Shown here: positions 12,736 to 23,737 of the stretch, one piece after another | Numbering within the stretch: position 1 is the first letter of the stretch | Layout of the letters: the number at the start of each line of letters is the position of its first letter | Origin: Callorhinchus milii | Lineage: Eukaryota | Assembly: GCF_018977255.1 (NCBI RefSeq) | Contig: NW_024704742.1 | Coordinates: 96,474,001 to 96,538,000 of the forward strand | Direction of reading: 5' to 3' | DNA: 64,000 nt | Notes under the pieces: model-generated | Told to the model about the DNA's origin: nothing | The model's input: only the letters and a program-made list of their open reading frames with translations | Database searches by the model: none | Made by a program: the position numbers and the translations under genes

Positions 12736-13934
12736 TATTTTACATTTCAGTGATTGTCATTTTGTACTTAAATAATATCTCCAATGGGATTCAGTTCATA
12801 CCACAGTTCATTTCCAATAGAGCTCCAAAGTGATATCACAAATGCATAATCAAAATTTGCCATTTCTCCATGTCAACAAAAGGGATGAAGAAAACTCTTA
12901 TGCTCCATGAAGCAAATAGCTAGTGCTACCCATTTTTAGAAAAGCGATGAACACTACATCTCAGGGTGATGCAGTAAACATACCCATTCAGGTATAATAT
13001 TAAACTTGTTCTTTTACTCAGATTTGTTTTTATTCTCCATTGTTATAGTGAAGTGCATTTCATAAAAGGTATTTCAGGATCTGCTCTACATTCCATCGCT
13101 CTGCAGTAAGGGAACATTTGTAAAATTTCAAACACCTACCATACATCATACCAGTTTGCAAGGACTTTCCTTTTGAAGGATCTGAAAGTGCTCAAGTTAT
13201 ACAAACCTTAGCTTTGAACCTCTATCACACTGTCTGAAGAAGTGTTTGGAATGGGCCAATGTAAATAGATGTTCTTTTTCCTCATGTGACTGGAAGCAAG
13301 CATGACAATGGCTATAAATGGTACTGAGTGACCATCATAGGCACTCAGTATTCCTTCTCCATGTTAACTGTTTGCAAGGTTTCCATTGTATCTCCTATGA
13401 AACATTTGTTTGCTGCTCTAAATCCCTGCATAAATCCAGCCAACCATCAACAAGTCTCTCAGCAATAATGGCTTCAATTTATCTGGTGTGCAAAGTAATC
13501 GCGAATTGTGTCATGTAGGTGTACTTGCAAGTTCTGTTTCTGACATATGAAAGAAATAATAACATTTACATTTACAAGAGATGTTACCATTTACACACTT
13601 TAGCAGAACTTGAATTTTAATGGAACTAAAATGTCATGAGATCAGAAGCTTCTCAAGATTCACAAACACATTGTCTTCTTCAAATCCTACCACTGAGGTC
13701 TAAGTTATAAATTATAATACCTGTTTAACAATTAACACAGTCTTCGCCAACTACATTGCATTGTACTTCTAATCACAATGTACAATAGCTCCCGATTTTT
13801 ACTGTATATTTGTTTATTTTTGCACTGGAATGACAAATGTGTTAATTAAAGAACACATTTTCAAATTACGGGCATCACATTAACGGCCTCTGAGCAGAAT
13901 GGCACTGCAATTTACTCCAATTTCTCAACCTGAA

Positions 13935-14255
13935 TGAGAGTCCTGGGTTCAATTCCCAGCAGGCCAATATGCTGGGCAAGTTTCCTTACTCCACATGCCT
14001 CTGTTTACCTAGCAGCAAGTAGGAACCCAGTTGTTAGTCGATTGACAATCACTTTTCTAGAGATAATAATCCTTTAAAAAAAAATAATAATTTGGCCATT
14101 CAATCCACGACTGTTTGTTGGACACTGCTGTGCGCAATTGGCTGCCGCATTTCACCCACAAATATACAGTCAATTCACTTTAGAGTACATTCTTTGAAGG
14201 CTTTGAGATGTCTAGAAGACGCTATAACAAATGCAAGGATTATATTATTATTATA
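13935..14255 (+). mobile_element. tRNA-derived SINE, subfamily B, 5' degraded
   Basis: B box gggttcaattccc, CORE-like segment and shared tail. Confidence 0.85.
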
Positions 14256-15212
14256 TATAAAACGGTACCATCGCTCAATTATGTTACACACAAGTATGTT
14301 TGTAACTTCATACAATATGCTAGGTCAAAAGAATAAAATTTAAGGCTGTTCTGTAATGATAGGGTTCAAATTACATTCAAAAATCTCAAACCTCTATTTC
14401 ATGGATTATTTCATCTGGTTTTCTTCAATAGTTTTTAGATCTCTTCTCGTTACTCCTGGCATGATAAGGTAACCTCATTCTTAATCGCTGCCTTTGCAAC
14501 TCAAGAAAATGTAAGCACGAGAGGTGCATAATTGCTGGTTCATCAGGCCAAATCTCTCCCAGTTGGTTTGATTGGATCAGAAACTGGCTGTTTTGGGAAT
14601 TCTGAGGAATAACATATTGCTCCTTGGTACAGTACATTAGATTAGATTTTAAACCAAATCAAACACTGTAACTGCTTATTCTCAATTTATAAATTGCTGA
14701 TTAAGAATAATTATCGAAAGTAAATCTTTGGGTTTAAATGGAATATTTGCAAAGAGGCAAAGTATGCAGCAGCTATTATAATGCATGATTGAAAAGAATG
14801 CTATTATAATGAATAATTTGAAAAATAGAATTCAAACCATAATAACCTGGAGAAAAATGGTGAAATCAATAGATACAAAGGTGAAAGGATATATGTTGCT
14901 GCTTTTTAAAAAGCCCAGGGAACAGCTTTGAACTCAAACTGTCTTCCATTAAGTGGCATTAGGATTATTTTTCTCAGGAAAATGATTATCACCTTCTGTT
15001 AGTTGGTTGTTGGATTGAATCAGCATTAAATCCACCCTTCCTGCCTTTAAGCCTGCCTTTAAGACCTACTTTGTTGACTGTACTGTCGACTCACACTTCT
15101 GGAGATCTATACCAACAAAAAAAATGCATTTATATAGTGCGTCCTCACATCCCCAATGGAGGATATCTCTAGGCACTGGATAGTCAGGTGTTTGGGGAGT
15201 GGGGTAAAGATT

Positions 15213-15562
15213 ATAATAATAATCCTTGCATTTGATATAGCACCTTATGACATCTTCGATATGTCTCAAAGCGCTTCACAGAATATACTGTAAAGTGAAT
15301 TGACTATATATTTTGTGGGCAAAATGTGGCAGCAGTGTCCCACAAACAGTCGTGGATTCAAGTGACCAATTTAATATTATTTTTTTGAGGGAATTTTTAC
15401 CGCTGGAAAAGCAATCTGCCAATCGACTAACAACCGGGTTCCAACTTACTGCAAAGTAAAGAGAGGGTGTGGAGAAGGAAACTTGCCCAAAATTTTGCAG
15501 GAATTGAATCCAGGTCTCTCGCTTGCAAGGGGAGTGCTCTACCCACTGAGCTACAGGACTCC
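15213..15562 (-). mobile_element. tRNA-derived SINE, subfamily B, full length
   Basis: Reverse complement of the head, CORE-like segment and tail seen at 11224 and 23370. Confidence 0.88.
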
Positions 15563-15940
15563 TCAAGATGACCGAAGGCACAGTCAAAGACGTTCTTGAA
15601 ACAGACCTTGAAGAAGGCCAGGTAAGAATGAGGCGAGGGGACTCTGGGATGGAATTCCTGAGAGTTGGAGCAGAAAAGTTGAAAGCCCAACCTCCGATGG
15701 TAGGGTGGGCAGGAAATGTGAAGCATACCAATGCCTGCTGAGCGGAAGGGAGCGGGTGGCTTGGTAGGGTTTAAGAAGGTCACAGAGCATGTTGAGTGGA
15801 GGAGACCGAGGAAGGATTTAAAAGTGAGGACAAGGATCTTGAATTCTATCCTCTCGGGCCTGCGGAGCTGGGCAAGAATGGGGATGGCAGGCCTATAGAT
15901 AAGGACATGAGCTGCAGATTTCTGGATAGTCTGCAGCTTG

Positions 15941-16898
15941 TAGAATCATACAGCACAGAAAGAGGCCATTCGGGCCATCGCGTCTGCGCTGGCTCCGAAA
16001 AGAGCAATCCAACTCAATCCCACTGGCCCACTTTCTCTCCATAGCCCTGCAATCCTGTCCTCCCCCTCTTCTCTCTTAAAAGTTGTGATTGAATCGGCTT
16101 CCACTAACCTTTCAGGTAATGCATTCCAGATCCGAACAACTCGCTGGGTTAAAAAAAAAATCCTAACCTCTCCTCTGTTTCTTTTAACAACTATCTTAAA
16201 TCGGTGTCCTCAGGTTACTGACCCACATGCCATTGGAAACAGTTTTTCTCGGTTCAACCTATCAAATCCTCTCATTGCTCTAGGTAGAATAATCCTAGTT
16301 TCGCTAACCTCTCCTCATAACTAAGGTCCTTCATACATGGTACCATCCTGGTAAACCTCCTTTGCACCCTCTCCAATGCCCTAACATCTTTCCTAAAGTG
16401 CGGTGCCCAGAACTGAACGCAGTACTCCAACTGAGGCCTAACCAGCATTTTATAAATATTCAATATAACCTCCTGACTTTTGGATTCTATGTCCCTATTT
16501 ATAAAACCTAGTATCCCGTATGCTTTTTTAACAGCTTTATCTACCTGTCCTGCCACCTTCAGAGATTTGCTTATGTGGACCCCTAAGTCTCTATGTTCAT
16601 TTGCCCTCTTTAAGATTGTACCATCAGCTTATATTGCCTCTCCTCATTCTTCCTACCAAAATGCAACACTCCGCATTTCTCCACATTAAATCTCATCTGC
16701 TATGTTTCTGCCCATTTTACCAATCTGTCTAAGTCCCCTTGGAGTCTGGTGCTACCCTCCTCACCATTAACTACTTTTCCTAGCTTAGTATCGTCTGCAA
16801 ATTTGGAAATTGTGCTCCCTATATCCAGGTCCAGAGCATTAATATAGATCAGAAAGACCAGTGGTCCCAATACCGACCCCTGAGGGACACCACTACAC
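15941..16898 (-). mobile_element. CR1-type LINE RT and 3' end
   Basis: [27 protein letters not shown] and LVRPQLEYCVQFWAPHFRKD (ORFs 16700..16972 and 16272..16556). Confidence 0.92.
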
Positions 16899-17549
16899 AT
16901 CTCCCTCCCTCCTTGTAGAAGGAAGAATTGGTGTAGTCCAGAGAGCAGAATTAGTGTAGTCTGCCTGGACATGACGGAAGCATGGATAAGGGTCTTGGTG
17001 GCCCGAAGGATGAGGTAGTGGAGGAGGTGAGGGAAAGCTGAACAGTTGAGTCAAATAAGGCACCGCACTGGCTCCGTGAGGTGGAATGTGTAGATTGATG
17101 CTGTCAGTGCCTGAGGTGAGAAGGTGCTGATGGGAGCCAAGCAGGAGAGCCTCTGTCTTGTTGATCCAGACACAGAACAATATTCTATAGCTCAGCTGCC
17201 CGCCTATTATTGTAAACATACAAAAATAGAAAATCAGGATAAAGGAGCTCTTTCGGTGGCTTACTTGAAAAATCTATTGCGCAGAGTGAAACTGACATCC
17301 AGATCTGAAGGACACTAAGGTCAGTTCTTAATCTGTACTGAGTTAGTCAATTTCAGCCAAGCAGCTGTAGAGGTGGTACAATTGGCCTCAGCATTTTGAG
17401 CTAAAGAGGGAAGAATCAGCCAAGGTTTCCATCGTCAAATGCTATAACCCCTTGCCACACTTTCAGGAAACAGTATGCCCATATTTTTCAAAAGTTTTAC
17501 ACAAAATTATACTGGAGCTTAAACCCAAGAATTAAATATTCAGACATGT

Positions 17550-17835
17550 TACCCATCCTTCAGGTGTGATGTTAAACCAATGCCCCATCTGCTTGTTCAG
17601 GTGGATGTTAAAAGATCCCATGGCACTATTCGAAAAGAGAAGGGAATTTCTTCCAATGTCTGGTCAACAATCCACAAAATAAAATTGCTCACTCGCTCCA
17701 TGTGCACAAACTGGCTGCCACGTTTCCCCCACAAAATACAGTCATAACCATTTTAAAGTATATCCTGTGAAGTTCTTTGAGAAGTCTCGATGATATGATA
17801 AGGAACTGTGTCAAAACCAACGATTACTGTTATTA
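17550..17835 (+). mobile_element. Deu-domain SINE fragment (SacSINE1/AmnSINE1-like)
   Basis: gttaaacc...gttcaggtggatgttaaaagatcccatggcactattcgaa is the Deu-domain signature; a degenerate L2-like tail follows. Confidence 0.75.
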
Positions 17836-18787
17836 TGTTTTGATTGGTACAGATCAAAGGTTTCTCAGATCATAGGTTGTTTTAATTAGCAAGGTTAGAA
17901 TTGCCACTTTAATATACATCATACATACTGATACGCTTCAAACTCTGCACTTATGAGTTTGCCTCCTGAAGCAAGCCCTCCTCTGGCTGGGATCACACAG
18001 GAAGAAGACTGATCACTTGAACATGGTGCCAGATGGTATATATGGTGGCTGTGGAAGTGTATCCTAGCACTAAAGGAGGGAGGAAGGAGATGGGGGGGAA
18101 GCCTGGCATTTAAATGAAATAAATTCTGAGAAAATCTGTTCAAGAATCCAGCTATTTTTTGGTAAAATCTGTTCTTTAGTGAAGCAATCACTGTTTTATT
18201 AAGGTTAGGACAGGAACCAGCAGCATGTGGACAGTAATTCCAGTTTAATGTCTGGAACATCACATCAATTAACATGGAAAAGCAGGTCGGCTGTATGTGC
18301 TCCAGACTAATTGCTCACAAAACAATGATGCACGAAGAGAATTTTAATTTTTTTTACATGAATCATCGACTAATAGTTGCAGCGTATAATAGATGAAGAG
18401 ACAAAGCCAATTACAATATTCAGCTATATCGTAGTACAAAATATAGAAGTAATTTCAGATGGGAATCGTTGTCTATTGCTCCACGTCAAAGCAACATCAG
18501 TAGCCGTACTTATAAATAAATTGAACAACATAAAAAGTCACACTGCAAACATTACAGATAAAAGTCTTGCTCTTCGTAACATTTTCAGGAAGGCACAGAC
18601 TATTGGTCTATTTGGCCTACACAGTCACCTTCAATATATTTATGTCTCACGGTCCTGAATCCATATCCTAATCTTTTAATTTTCAAGGTCTTGTGTAGTT
18701 CTTTTTAGAAACCCTTTACATTGTATTCTAGATCCTTAGTGGTTTGTTCCACTATCAATCCCATATGTTCCCCCACTTTCCCCATCG

Positions 18788-18905
18788 TGGACCCGAAACA
18801 TTGACTCACTTTCCTTTCTCCATAGATGCTGCCTGACCTACTGAGTTTTCCCTGCTCTCTCTGTTTTTGTTTCAGATTCCAGGATTTGCAGTATTTTGTG
18901 TTTTG
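18788..18905 (+). mobile_element. Penelope-like element terminal (pLTR) remnant
   Basis: gacccgaaac..catagatgctgcctgacctactgagttttcc..tttcagattccag..gcagtattttg resembles chondrichthyan Penelope termini (recognised from memory). Confidence 0.65.
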
Positions 18906-18959
18906 CTCATGATAGAACGTATCTTGTTGTGGGTTGCACATGACCCGCCAATCTTTTGT

Positions 18960-19077
18960 AGGTGCTTCACCCACAAAATATACAATCGACTCACTTTACA
19001 GTATATTCTGTGAAGCGCTTTGAGACGTCTCAAAGGTATGATAAGACGCTATATCAAATGCAAGGATTCTTATTATT
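18960..19077 (+). mobile_element. SINE 3' fragment
   Basis: Shared SINE tail sequence ending (ATT)n. Confidence 0.8.
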
Positions 19078-19859
19078 ACCCCAGGAGTAAGTTCATCATC
19101 AACACTCCCTGAGCATAAAGATACTCTCCAATACCATAAAGATAGTCAAGCAAGTGCCAGAATATCTCTTCATTTTCATAACCATTTTTAGCTTCAAAAT
19201 TAACATTGCTTGTGCTTAAGCCTGTCATAATAAATAAAACAAATGATGTCAAATAGCCTTCTTACATCTATCTCATATATTTCAACAATCATTTGAAAGA
19301 CTCAGATCAAACACCTCTTCCCTCCCCCAATCCTTTTTTTTCTAATAAGAAGTTCAGCTTTGTGACCTTCTTATTACAGAAGCTTCAGTCAGGAATAAGA
19401 GGGCTGTTAGGGTTTAGAATTCATTGCCACAATGACTATCGAGGCCGGATTACTGGAATAATTCAAAAAAGGAACTGGACAACACCTACGCAGTAAACAA
19501 CATGAAGCGTTGTGGGAAAAGGGCAGGAAATTGGATTAGTATAAAATAGGGTGATTTAGTAATACAGGTAGCAGGGGAAGAGATTCAAGGGTTGAATGGT
19601 CTCTTTCTGAAGATTTACATGAATCACCTGCTCACTCTTCTTCAAAACATCACCAATGCTTCAGTATTCTTTTGAAGATTGGGAGCTTGAATTCTATTTA
19701 GTCATAGCCTGTTAGCCAATTTCGTTTTAAATTTTAAGGCAGTACATAATCGTGAAAAATATTCCAATTAAGACTTAATTTGGAACCTGCTTTCAAATAA
19801 GATTGAACTTCAGAATTTTCCAGTTCTGCTGATCATACATTATAAGACATAATAGTCTT

Positions 19860-20250
19860 AATAAAGAATCCTTGCATTTGATGCAGCGCCTCATCATATT
19901 GAAACACTTAGATAATCTGTAAAGTGTACTTACTGTGTTTAGACAAACATGGCAGCCAATTGCAGCACAGTAAAGTCCCACAAATAGCCAGGAAGTAAAT
20001 GATCATTTTTTTTAAAATCTGAGGTTATTGTGATCCGGACACCAGGAGAAACTCTCTTCTCTTTACAAATAGTATCATGGTATCTTTAACATTCATCTTT
20101 ACAGGTAGATGGGACCCCGGTTTAACCTGTCATCCAAAGGACAGCACCTCTGACATTGCAGGACTCCCTAACACTTTATTGGAGTGTCAGATTACTACAT
20201 ACTCAAAGTTCCATCATGAGGCTTGAATCCACAACGTTCTGACTCAGAAA
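19860..20250 (-). mobile_element. Deu-domain SINE, degenerate
   Basis: Reverse complement of the Deu-domain (catggtatctttaac, ggtttaac) with tRNA-like head and L2-like tail. Confidence 0.7.
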
Positions 20251-20442
20251 CATTACTGGTGCATTGCCTGCAGGCTAAAACTAGGTGGAATTATGGGGGC
20301 AGGATGGCTAAAGTCCAGACTAAAGAAATATGTGACAACTCTGGTGATTCAAACAATTATGGTGTTTATGGTCTCTGGCAATTCAATCAGAAGTGAGGAT
20401 TCTGAAAATAACCCAACGTTATAACTCGTATACAAAGACTGA

Positions 20443-20714
20443 GTTTGCCCTTCCGATCAGTGGCCGGGCTTTCAGCCTCTCTGCCAACACACTCTGGAAC
20501 TCTTTTGCCTCGTTTCCTCCCTTGCCTCCTTCAAGGCCGGTCTAAAGACCCTTCTCTTCGATCGTGCCTTCGGTCGCCCTCCCACCTCTCTGCCTTCCCT
20601 TACCCCTATCCCACCTCTCTCCCATGCTCGGATCCCGACCCTTGACTGTCCAGCACCTTGGGACATCCTCCCAACGTGAAGAGTGCTCTATAAATGTAAT
20701 TTGTTGTTGTTGTT
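20443..20714 (+). mobile_element. L2-type LINE 3' end
   Basis: Closely similar to 1270-1556; (GTT)n tail. Confidence 0.88.
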
Positions 20715-22150
20715 GAGTTGAATGCATGTTCTTGTGATTGGGATGCCACATAGGCTGTGTATGCAAGCTTCAGTCAGTCAAACAGTCAAGTGGATTGGCC
20801 AGGACTGAAAACAGCTGCCAGTTTAGGCTCGTTTTCTAGGAAAACACAGATTGGAAAGGGTTGGACAAGCCGAAGCAGAAGTGTTTTCAGATCAGTGTAT
20901 TGATTTCTGCCATAAAGCATAGTAGTGTTTTAAAAGTCTATATATTAGATTTGTTGTAAACCAGACAGAAAATCATTCACCACCTGAGGGAAATTTAATG
21001 AGGTTGGACATAAAATGTCTTGCCATAAGGAAGTATACAGCTGCAAATACCAGAGGAAAAATAAAATTCACAGGCATGTTCAGCAGCCTTGGTTCAGGAA
21101 AGAGACATAGCAGGTGCATTATTCAGTAACTTGTCAAAGATGATTTGTTAAAATCTTGTTTGCTACGGTTCATCTGCCAGAGTGTAAATTATACATGTGG
21201 ATGGAAAACTTTCTCTTGTGAACACACACCATGGTTTAACCTTACCTGGGAGGAGGGGCATCATTAAAGCTGCAGAATTTGAGATCAAGTTTTGGCAAAT
21301 TGCATAATAGGTTTTGTTGGTGGAAAATATAGCTGCTGTCAGAACGCATCATGTAAAAAATGTACACATCTTACAATGTAAATTAGGGACAGACATCCTT
21401 AACTTGTGTGTCAGGCACATTGCTATTTTTAGGTTGTTCTGGGTCACTGTTGGCATTTTCACTGCCCATGGCAAAGATACTGTAAACATGAACAGATCTG
21501 TACTGAAATATTCCTTAAACACACAAAACAATGTTGATATTCTTGTTCAAATAAGATTCACACTTTGGCACGATAGTACAAAGTCGCAAGGTCTTCCTAA
21601 ACATTTCAGCAGTTTAACAAAAAACTTCTGGCTGCTGGCGCCATTTGTGCAAAAACAATAATTATTTTAGCTCATAAAACCTGAACAGAAGTTTATACCA
21701 ACGTAAATAAAATCCATTGAAACAAAGCGTGAAATGCACTTAAGACAGTGAAAAACATTCTGGAATAGTTTAAACCGCAGGCCAACAATCCCACTAGGTG
21801 ACATGGATTCAAACCGTTTCATAACTCATTTCAACCACCAACGAACATGACTTGCTTTTGGCTAGTGTTGTGATGAATGTCACAATATTAACATCACTGT
21901 AGATCTTATCTGATGTGAGCAAAATTCTTGTTGGAATTAAAGTATGTCAGTTTTACTTTTGCATTAATAAACTGGTGCCAAACACCAATTGTAAAATACA
22001 AGTTGTGCAAATTGTACATAAATTTGTTTTTTCATCTCACTCATTACATTGAAAGAAGAGATTTAAATGCTATGGAAAAGATCTTTTTGCTTTTGAACAC
22101 TTAAAAGTAGATCATTGCTCATTTGTGTACAAATGTATCATAAATTAAGA

Positions 22151-23242
22151 CCAAGGTTAAAAAAACACGAATTAAAGTGTAACAATCAGTCAAAATCCTG
22201 TTTTATAGGAACTAGCAACTGCAAAAAAAAATATTTTAAGCATACATAACTTCAGATTGAAGAAATTAAGACCAACAGCAAAAACTCCGAATCAGGCAAA
22301 ACATGTCCACTCAAAATATGAAATGAAAGTATGAAATGAATGTATTTTGGATTGTCGATATTTATGTGACAATCCTTGTATTTGATATAACGTCTTTCAT
22401 GTTGAGAAGCCGTCTCAAAAGACTACACAAGATTTACTGTTCAATGAGCGTGTTTGTTAGAAAACCACTATTTTGCGCCATTTAAGCAGCAACTGTCAAA
22501 ATAAATACGAAATTCTATACATAACCAAATGAGAAGTCATTGCATTTGTGAGGTCAAAGGTGATTCAATGTTCTATTGCATATTCTGTGTTATATTCTAT
22601 TTATGGCAGTGCTTCAGCCTCTCTTCAATCTCCTATAATTGGCGAAATCACCTTAAAGATTTAAGAAGCTGACTCAGACCAGAGGATATGCAGCCTGACA
22701 ACATTGGACAATGGACTTACTGGCAATAATGCATTTACTGTCTACAGCAGTGGTGGCCAACCTTTAAGGTCAACCAACAAAATAAATGTTCTTGATTGAA
22801 TGTTTCTTGATTTATGCCATCAATCAAGAATTATTCAATAAAGTAAACACTGAAGACATTACTGATTGAACATAAACTGACCTAGACTTGTGCAAATGTT
22901 TTTGTTGGGGGGGGGGGGTGGTGGGGGTGGTGCGGGGAAACATCACACACACACTTCTTGAGGCCCCCATGAGCCATAGGTTGGCCACCTCTGCTCTACA
23001 ACATGCAATAGAACACTGATGAGTTAACGTTAAATCACTTTGAACTAGAATTCTGAAAGTAGTGTATGCAACTGATGGATTGGATTCCCGGCAGAGGAAG
23101 AAATTGAGACAGTTTTGTGTATGGCATTTTGAAACTGTTGAATAGTCTGAATGGGACACAATTTTTTTTTGCAGTTGCTAGTTCCTGTAAAATAGGATTT
23201 TGGCTGATTGTTACACTTTAATTCATGTTTTTTTAACCTTGG
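22151..23242. repeat. 82-bp inverted repeat pair (22151-22232 and 23161-23242)
   Basis: The arms are reverse complements with 4 mismatches by manual alignment. Confidence 0.92.
22748..22993. mobile_element. Non-autonomous hAT (Charlie-like) MITE, 246 bp
   Basis: TIRs CAGTGGTGGCCAACCT / AGGTTGGCCACCTCTG (15/16). Flanks gtctacag / ctctacaa form a degenerate 8-bp TSD resembling NTCTAGAN. Confidence 0.8.
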
Positions 23243-23369
23243 CCTCGATCCTATATATTTCTATCTTCAATTGACCCTTCCTTCTCCAACATCAGCCCTT
23301 ACTCCATGGACTTGAGCATCAGTCAAATCCAAGACAAACCTGCTTGAAATTGGTCATAAATGTTTTATC

Positions 23370-23737
23370 GGAGTCCTATAGCTCAGTGGTTAGAGCACTC
23401 GCCTCGGCAAGCGAGAGACTTGGGTTCAATTCCCAGCAGTGTGAAATGTTGCACAAGTTTCCTTACTCCATACGCCTTTGTTTACCTAGCAGTAAATAGG
23501 AACCCAGTTGTTAGTTGATTGGCAGATCTCTTTTCAGGGGTAATAATTCATTTTAAAAAATGTGGTCACTCAATCCATGACTGTTTGTGGGACAGTGCTG
23601 TGCGTAATTGGCTGCCGCATTTCGTCCACAAAATATACAGTCAATTCATTTTACTGTATATTCTGTGAAGTGCTTTGAGACGTCTTGAAGATGTGATAAG
23701 GCGCTATATCAAATCCAAGGCTTATTATTATTATTAT
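23370..23737 (+). mobile_element. tRNA-derived SINE, subfamily B, full length
   Basis: A and B boxes, CORE-like segment, L2-like tail, (ATT)n. Confidence 0.88.

Larger units (their letters stand above)
15113..17168 (-). mobile_element. Old L2-type LINE (pieces ~15113-15210, 15563-15938, 16900-17168) interrupted by a SINE and a CR1
   Basis: Tail, C-terminal and KTEALLLGSHQ segments are colinear around the two insertions. Confidence 0.78.

Noticed and set aside
21238..21270. cttacctgg resembling the U1 snRNA 5' end
   Set aside because: Similarity stops after ~9 nt, with no U1 stem-loops or Sm site. It is equally a lone minus-strand donor motif.
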